Part shown: one piece after another, positions 58,701 through 64,000 of the stretch
Numbering within the stretch: the stretch's first letter is position 1
How the letters are laid out: the number at the start of each line of letters is the position of its first letter
From: Thermoanaerobaculia bacterium
Lineage (GTDB): Bacteria > Acidobacteriota > Thermoanaerobaculia > Multivoradales > UBA5704
DNA: 64,000 nucleotides
Assembly (NCBI GenBank): GCA_044226625.1
Contig: JBGAGQ010000004.1
Span: 32,001-96,000, forward strand
Direction: 5' to 3'
Position numbers and translations under genes: made by a program
Notes under the pieces: generated by a model
Told to the model about the DNA's origin: nothing
Databases searched by the model: none
What the model saw: only the letters and a program-made list of their open reading frames with translations

Positions 58701-58967
58701 CACCCATTCCCCGTGATCCAACTTGAACGCGCTCCACGCCGCACCGATCTCCGGCGCGAGACGCGAGCGCGACGATTCGAGCTCTTCGACCCGCGGGCTC
58801 ACCTCCAGCCGATCGCTCGAAACCGCGAGCGCCGACAAGCCGCCCCGGTTCGGATCGGGCGCGATTTGCGCTCCCGCGAGCACCGGCACGAACGCCCAAG
58901 CCAGGGCCACGGTGAGACCAGAGATCCCAACGAACACACGATCGCCACCTGGAAATCTTCCATTCAT
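55728..58967 (-). CDS. Secreted M4/M36-like zinc metallopeptidase with propeptide and FN3 domains
   Basis: Signal peptide, FTP/PepSY-like pro-region, CNAYWDG, HELGH, GESNGD; FN3 (PTGLVATPVSPTRIDLSW); jelly-roll tail GWFLDDV. Confidence 0.85.
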   Translation of the reverse strand: MNGRFPGGDRVFVGISGLTVALAWAFVPVLAGAQIAPDPNRGGLSALAVSSDRLEVSPRVEELESSRSRLAPEIGAAWSAFKLDHGEWVAYVDARSGRIESAEGAGIPWIPGYGNRLEASAMGTVDLARMEKIAREFVAKEGLLLGIDERDLVLSEQRSGPASDSLWYVDFGVARAGIPIEGARVFFRVSHGNLIQLGLENVPPRGVALPSVKVTADDARRSVAGFVGGLEKGRDVILDPGSLHLVPTAARDDRFAEGFAFGKGYELAFVWDVVFRRSGEPGTFRARVDATNGQFLELQDENRYALASGGVVLNAPSSPDLVKALPWADLSNLSFTNGNGRFTFGGTPLTTTLNGQFVRIVDSCGAIAANTGGPSGNLQLGSSSSGTDCSTPGVGGAGNTRSSRTTFFWVNRAKEVARSWLPANNWLFQKLRTNVNLNQTCNAYWDGSTLNFFKSGGGCGNSGELPGVAIHELGHGLDYNDGNGPAGDKGSGESNGDLFAALMLHNSCIGDGFRPTLCSGSGDPCTVCTGVRDIDWARRASNAPHTVGNYVQPNCSTSSNYRGPCGREGHCESIVPSEAVWDFVKRDLPNQGLSSAAAWNLMERLWFTSRATAGSSYTCNASGTTWTSSGCNAGSLWKALRAADDDDGNLANGTPHGAALFIAFNRHGMACITDPGTAVTFAACTPPPTPTIATSPDDEKVKLTVTGFAPGVYDVYRNDVGCDSAFTRISVNHSVTGTQDATVVNGQTYFYQVVAHASGNVACSSQPSACKMVVPNVPQLPLCNPPDVPTGLVATPVSPTRIDLSWNPAAGAVRYRVFISFSPGGPFTDYGTTTGTTFVNGGTICNTPHYYFVRAEKEPTCVSANSATVSATTPPCPPCHKAVLYSNDFESDTGLAGWAAGSLLPGGGAKDWRGVKTCAAASGTGVFRFGGPDCTDGYGPDQFSFAQPGGALGIAIPYGSEAPRLTFSHRRAFESGRDGALLAVSVDGGPYEPLPAGAILTGGYDGAISSQCAPAGSADLPVWTGTSEFVSTSVDLSSVCGVRGCGGHSLGLAFSAVADCDGSDDGWFLDDVVVSACVP

Positions 58968-59156
58968 GACAGAGCCTCCGAGCCCGCGAGAACGGCCGCC
59001 ATGGCCACGGCTCGCAGGAGCCGACGTCCCTTCGGGCTCACGTTCGGGAAGGCGGAGATCGCAGGAAAATGGGGCCAGCGCTCCAATGGGGGCAAATGAT
59101 TCCGAACCAGGAACGATTTTCTATCGAAGGCAGATTTTTCCGCTCGCCACGGGTGC

Positions 59157-59180
59157 CTGTAAATCGCTGTAAATCTCTGA
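59157..59180. repeat. 10-bp-period direct repeat CTGTAAATC in divergent intergenic region
   Basis: CTGTAAATCG CTGTAAATCT CTGA. Confidence 0.6.
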
Positions 59181-59272
59181 TTCCATGTGTCTCTATTGGC
59201 GCTGGCACACCCCCTGCACTTACCAAGGGGCGTGAGGCATATCTCACAATGACCTGGGAGATGAAAGGAAAG

Positions 59273-59626
59273 ATGGTCTTTATCAAAAGATCGCTGGCGG
59301 GTCGTACGATCCGCTGGACCTTCGAAGACGGCCCCACGGCCGGGAGGACTTATGAGCACGAGTTTCTCACCGATGGGACGTTGAACCGTCGCTTCGTCGG
59401 CGCCTTGGCTGGAGACGGTCCGTCGAGTGCGCTGGACGCGGAAAACTCCGGTATTCCCTATGCTTCCTTCGAGGTCGCGCCGGACGTTCATCTGGTGTCG
59501 TTTCTCTCGGAGTCCGGGTACACGCTCACCGTGACCCTGAATTTCGAGACGCTCCACTGTTCCGGTGTCGCCTCGAACGCCGAGGAGTGGTATCCATCGA
59601 CCGGTTCGGTCGAGGTGATGGCTTAA
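59273..59626 (+). CDS. Small MoaF-N-like beta-barrel protein
   Basis: LAGRTIRWTFEDGP...YEHEF, VAPDVHLVSF, GYTLTVTLNF; start could be 59249, 59261 or 59273. Confidence 0.65.
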   Translation: MVFIKRSLAGRTIRWTFEDGPTAGRTYEHEFLTDGTLNRRFVGALAGDGPSSALDAENSGIPYASFEVAPDVHLVSFLSESGYTLTVTLNFETLHCSGVASNAEEWYPSTGSVEVMA

Positions 59627-59643
59627 CGGTAAGGTTTTCTCTG

Positions 59644-59679
59644 CCTCCGAGGCTGATCCATCGAGCCTCGGAGGTTTTT
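59644..59679 (+). terminator. Rho-independent terminator
   Basis: CCTCCGAGGCT-N9-AGCCTCGGAGG-TTTTT. Confidence 0.85.
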
Positions 59680-59786
59680 CATACGTAGCATTCAAGCTCG
59701 ACCGGGGCTCGCCTTAAAGTAGGTGGCCCCGGTTCCGAATCTCCCGTGGCCCGCCGACCTGATTCTTTCCCGGGCGACGAGCCGAC

Positions 59787-60530
59787 TCAGAAGACGAGGA
59801 AGTAGAGCGCCGCGAGAAGCGCGACCACGACGATCCAGAACACGGGGCGCCCGATCATCCGTCCCACCGCCCGGCCGGCCGCGGCGGCACCGATCGCTCC
59901 GACGTCCAGCACGTCGGGCGCCTGATAAGGGGCGGCGGGCGCGGCTCCAGCGATGATTGCCTCCACTCCGGCGATCACCTCGGTCACCGCGTGGGCCGCC
60001 ACTGGATGCTCCTCCGCTAGCTCTTCCGCCTTCTCCTCCGAAATTGGCTCTTGCCCTTCGGAAGAGGGCGCGGCGGGCACTTCCAACTGTTGCCGCATCG
60101 CGTCGGAGAACTTCTGGAACATCTGGTCTGAGACATCCTGGATCATGCCGCGGCCGAATTGCGCGAGGATGCCGAAGACGTTGACGTCGGAGACCACGGT
60201 TACCTCCGTCTCTTCCGCCGAGCGGGCCACGACGCGGCTCTTCATCCGCATGTCGGCGCCCCCCTTACCCTTCGTCTCCTGGCCCGAGCCCGAAAGCTCG
60301 GCCTCGCCCGCCGCCTCGTCCAATCGCTCGAAGCGGAGCTTGCCCCGATAGCTCGCGGTGACGGGCCCGACCTTGACGGTCATCGTCCCCTTGTACTCCT
60401 GGTCGCTCACCTTCTCCGTGATCGCGGCCCCCGGCAGGCAGCTCGCGACCTTGTACGGATCGACCAAGAAGCTCCAGACCACGGGAGCCGCGGCGCGAAG
60501 CGTGAAGCTCTTCTGGATTTCCATGCCCAT
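59787..60530 (-). CDS. CoxG/SRPBCC family protein with C-terminal membrane anchor
   Basis: VASCLPGA, VKVGPV, LAQFGRGMIQDVS. Confidence 0.88.
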   Translation of the reverse strand: MGMEIQKSFTLRAAAPVVWSFLVDPYKVASCLPGAAITEKVSDQEYKGTMTVKVGPVTASYRGKLRFERLDEAAGEAELSGSGQETKGKGGADMRMKSRVVARSAEETEVTVVSDVNVFGILAQFGRGMIQDVSDQMFQKFSDAMRQQLEVPAAPSSEGQEPISEEKAEELAEEHPVAAHAVTEVIAGVEAIIAGAAPAAPYQAPDVLDVGAIGAAAAGRAVGRMIGRPVFWIVVVALLAALYFLVF

Positions 60531-60587
60531 GATCGGCCTCCCTCTCCCTCGAAACGAACCGGCGTCCCGCCTACAACCGTTTCACCG

Positions 60588-60616
60588 AAGATACCCCCGC
60601 CGACCGGGCGGTTCAA
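60588..60616 (-). promoter_or_regulatory. Sigma70-type promoter for the CoxG-like gene
   Basis: TTGAAC-N17-TATCTT. Confidence 0.5.
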
Positions 60617-60704
60617 TGGCCGGGTGGACCGAGGCAATCCCCTCCCCGTCTTGAGGCGGAGCTTCCGCCGCTCGCGAAGGCCACAGATCCCGTGCGGAGG
60701 CGCC

Positions 60705-61355
60705 TTACGCCGAGCGAGCAAACAAGGTGGATCCCGCCATTCTGGGAACGACGATGAATCCGGTCTGCGCCTCGCCGAGTACTTCGACCTCATTTCGCGC
60801 GAAACGGTGGGCCGTCAGTGCGCACAGCGCGGCGTCGATGAAGTCGATGCCCACCGATTCGCCGAAGTCCACCCCCGCCTGGCGTAGAAGCTCGGGGCGG
60901 ATCGTCTTCTTCTCCTTCGCGGAGACCACGTGTCCCGCGAGCGCGCAGCCGACGGCTTGAGGGAACGTCTCGAAACACCACCGGCCGTCACGTTCCGAAT
61001 CGATGCCGTAGAGAGGATGCGACCTTCGGAGGCACCGGAAGAGCTCCTCCCCGTTTCGCATCCAGCCATAGAAACCGTGATCCGATCGCTCGAAGGGCGG
61101 CGTGTAGAAACACTGGATCTTTGCCCGGATCAGGTCCCGCTCCGCTTTGCGCTTTTCCTCTCCGATTCGCCAGGAGCAGGGAGCATCGACCCCGATGCAA
61201 CGAGCGTCAAGACCGACGCACCATGCAGCGATCTCGGCGGCGTCCTTCGACTCCGTTCGATCCTGAACCTTTCCATCCGCGAGAGCAACGGCATGGAATC
61301 CTTTCTTCGTGCCGCCCACGTCGATCCCTACGACTACGACCGGCTTTTCGGGCAT
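60705..61355 (-). CDS. DUF429 family protein (RNase H-like fold, predicted nuclease)
   Basis: VGIDVG, IGVDAP, FETFP, DAALCALTA, GFIVVP. Confidence 0.8.
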   Translation of the reverse strand: MPEKPVVVVGIDVGGTKKGFHAVALADGKVQDRTESKDAAEIAAWCVGLDARCIGVDAPCSWRIGEEKRKAERDLIRAKIQCFYTPPFERSDHGFYGWMRNGEELFRCLRRSHPLYGIDSERDGRWCFETFPQAVGCALAGHVVSAKEKKTIRPELLRQAGVDFGESVGIDFIDAALCALTAHRFARNEVEVLGEAQTGFIVVPRMAGSTLFARSA

Positions 61356-61691
61356 GCACTTCTCCGTCAGCGCCCTGCGAGAGCCCAAATCGGGCGGCGC
61401 CTGCGAGAGCTCAGAATAGCGAGAGTTGCCGTAAGGCGCCTTTGGCGCTCATCTCCGTGGTATTGGTTCGGACAACCTCGGGTTACGAAACGGCGAGCGG
61501 GCCGCCCGAGCGCTTTCTGCCCGCCGAAAAGGACCTCGCGTACAAACAGGCGAGAACCGTCCTCGCAGGCTAAACTCCACGCAGAGGCCCGTCGCATGTT
61601 GGTTTCCCCGATCTCGATGGCCGTGCGCTCGTTCGCGCACCCGAATCGAATTTTAACGAAGAAGGATCGTGACCTCTCCAGGAGCCCGCCG

Positions 61692-62645
61692 ATGCCGAAG
61701 ATGCTGAAGCCGCTGGCCGTAGTCGCCGCGCTGTTCGCCCTCGGATCCTCGTCCGCCCGAGGCGGACTTCCGAGCGCCGACCTTTCGATCACCAAGACCG
61801 ACGGGGCGCTCACCTCGACGCCCGGCGGCACGGTGACCTACACGATCGTCGCGAGCAACGCCGGACCGGCCGGCGTCACGGGCGCCGGGTTCGGCGACCT
61901 GTTCACCGACCCGCTCCAGAACTGCACCTGGACCTGCGTCGGGCAGCTCGGCGGCGTCTGCTCGGTGCCCGCGGGAGGCGAGCCGAGCGCGAACCAGAAC
62001 GTGGATCTTCCGGTCGGCGGCCAGGTGGTCGTGACGGTGACCTGCGACATCGCCTCGAACGCGACCCTGTCGTTTTTCAACACCGCGACGATCACTCAGC
62101 CGGCGGGCATCGACGACCCGGTCGGGGTGAACAATTCCTCGACCGACGTCAACGGCCTCGACCCGATCGCCGACTTGACGATCACCAAGTCCGACGGCAC
62201 GTCGACCTTCACCCCCGGCGGCAACACGACCTACACGATCGTGGCGTCGAACGCCGGCCCCTCCGACGCGCCGGGCGCGACGGTGGTGGACAACTTTCCA
62301 GCCGGGCTCACCTGCAATTGGACCTGCGCCGGCAGCGGCGGCGGTACCTGCTCGCCGGCCGGTGCGGGCAATATCAACGACGGGGTGAACCTGCCGGCGG
62401 GCGCCAACGTCACCTATTCCGCGATCTGCTCGATCGCCCTGGGGACGCCCGAGCCGTTGGTCAACACGGCGAGCGTCGCCTCCCCGCAGACCATCCCCGA
62501 TCCGACCCCGGGGAACAACTCGGCCGCCGACTCGAACGTCCTCGCGACGGTCATTCCGACCCTCGGCGATTTCGGCCTCGCCGCGCTCGCGACCAGCCTC
62601 GGGCTGTTGGCGGCCCGGCGCCTTCGCCGCCGCCCGGCGCGATAG
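61692..62645 (+). CDS. DUF11-repeat surface protein with IPTL-CTERM sorting signal
   Basis: Signal peptide; two ADLxITKxDG...TYTIVASNAGP repeats; IPTLGDFGLAAL...RRLRRR. Confidence 0.88.
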   Translation: MPKMLKPLAVVAALFALGSSSARGGLPSADLSITKTDGALTSTPGGTVTYTIVASNAGPAGVTGAGFGDLFTDPLQNCTWTCVGQLGGVCSVPAGGEPSANQNVDLPVGGQVVVTVTCDIASNATLSFFNTATITQPAGIDDPVGVNNSSTDVNGLDPIADLTITKSDGTSTFTPGGNTTYTIVASNAGPSDAPGATVVDNFPAGLTCNWTCAGSGGGTCSPAGAGNINDGVNLPAGANVTYSAICSIALGTPEPLVNTASVASPQTIPDPTPGNNSAADSNVLATVIPTLGDFGLAALATSLGLLAARRLRRRPAR

Positions 62646-62908
62646 AGCGCGCGGCCTAGCCGCCGCCCGACGGAACACAACTTCGACCGGTGGAGCCCGC
62701 GGATCAGGGCTCCACCGGCCGAGCGCTGCAACCTTCCCGTCCCTCCTGCGTTCTTGAAGGTTGGTTCCTTTCGCCTAGCCCGCCGCCCTCGGCTGCGCCT
62801 CTCGAGGCGCCGAGGGGCGGCGGACCGATCCGAAGGGATCCGTGTGCCCCTTACGAAACTCTCCCCGCGCGCGCCGACGGGCGGCCGCCACCTTCGGAGG
62901 AATCGGCC

Positions 62909-64000
<1,092 letters not shown>

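Noticed and set aside
58964-59695. 243-aa minus-strand ORF overlapping the peptidase start
   Set aside because: Antisense to the MoaF-like gene, which has its own terminator; no recognisable motifs
60531-60704. Moco riboswitch upstream of the CoxG-like gene
   Set aside because: Only a short hairpin is visible and the predicted promoter leaves a leader too short for the motif
60930-61691. Long N-terminal extension of the DUF11 ORF (similarly for sigma, MFP, rpsP and uppS ORFs)
   Set aside because: Overlaps other genes; signal peptide, RBS or homology point to downstream starts

Overview
GC-rich bacterial chromosome segment. An ADOP-type permease and an IPTL-CTERM protein suggest Acidobacteriota, possibly Thermoanaerobaculia-like (inference). 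It holds a core translation cluster (ffh-rpsP-khpA-rimM-trmD-rplS-rnhB, then a frameshifted SgmX-like TPR gene), htpG, an ECF sigma/anti-sigma pair, a two-component system and assorted metabolic and secreted enzymes. Three regions stand out. (1) 21.0-33.8 kb: a fully translationally coupled six-gene export operon (ABC ATPase, ABC-2 permease fused to an HEXXH-less M1-like domain, small permease, MFP, RND pump, second RND subunit). The second RND subunit appears to have lost its proton-relay residues and carries a C-terminal ABC ATPase, a candidate RND/ABC hybrid machine. (2) 16.3-20.2 kb: a 1305-aa signal-less toxin-like protein with a His/Cys protease-like tip, downstream of that operon. (3) 44.5-47.9 kb: two tandem orphan genes sharing an N-terminal 'MF..S...GHxLERLP...(V/I)QR' motif and NLS-like basic patches, one with an ADP-ribosyltransferase-like core and one with a deaminase-like core, and no immunity genes. 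These are candidate injected effectors. A uppS paralog is broken by an exact 62-bp tandem duplication, and several genes look leaderless. No rRNA, tRNA, CRISPR array or transposase was seen. All family calls come from motif recognition by eye, not database searches.
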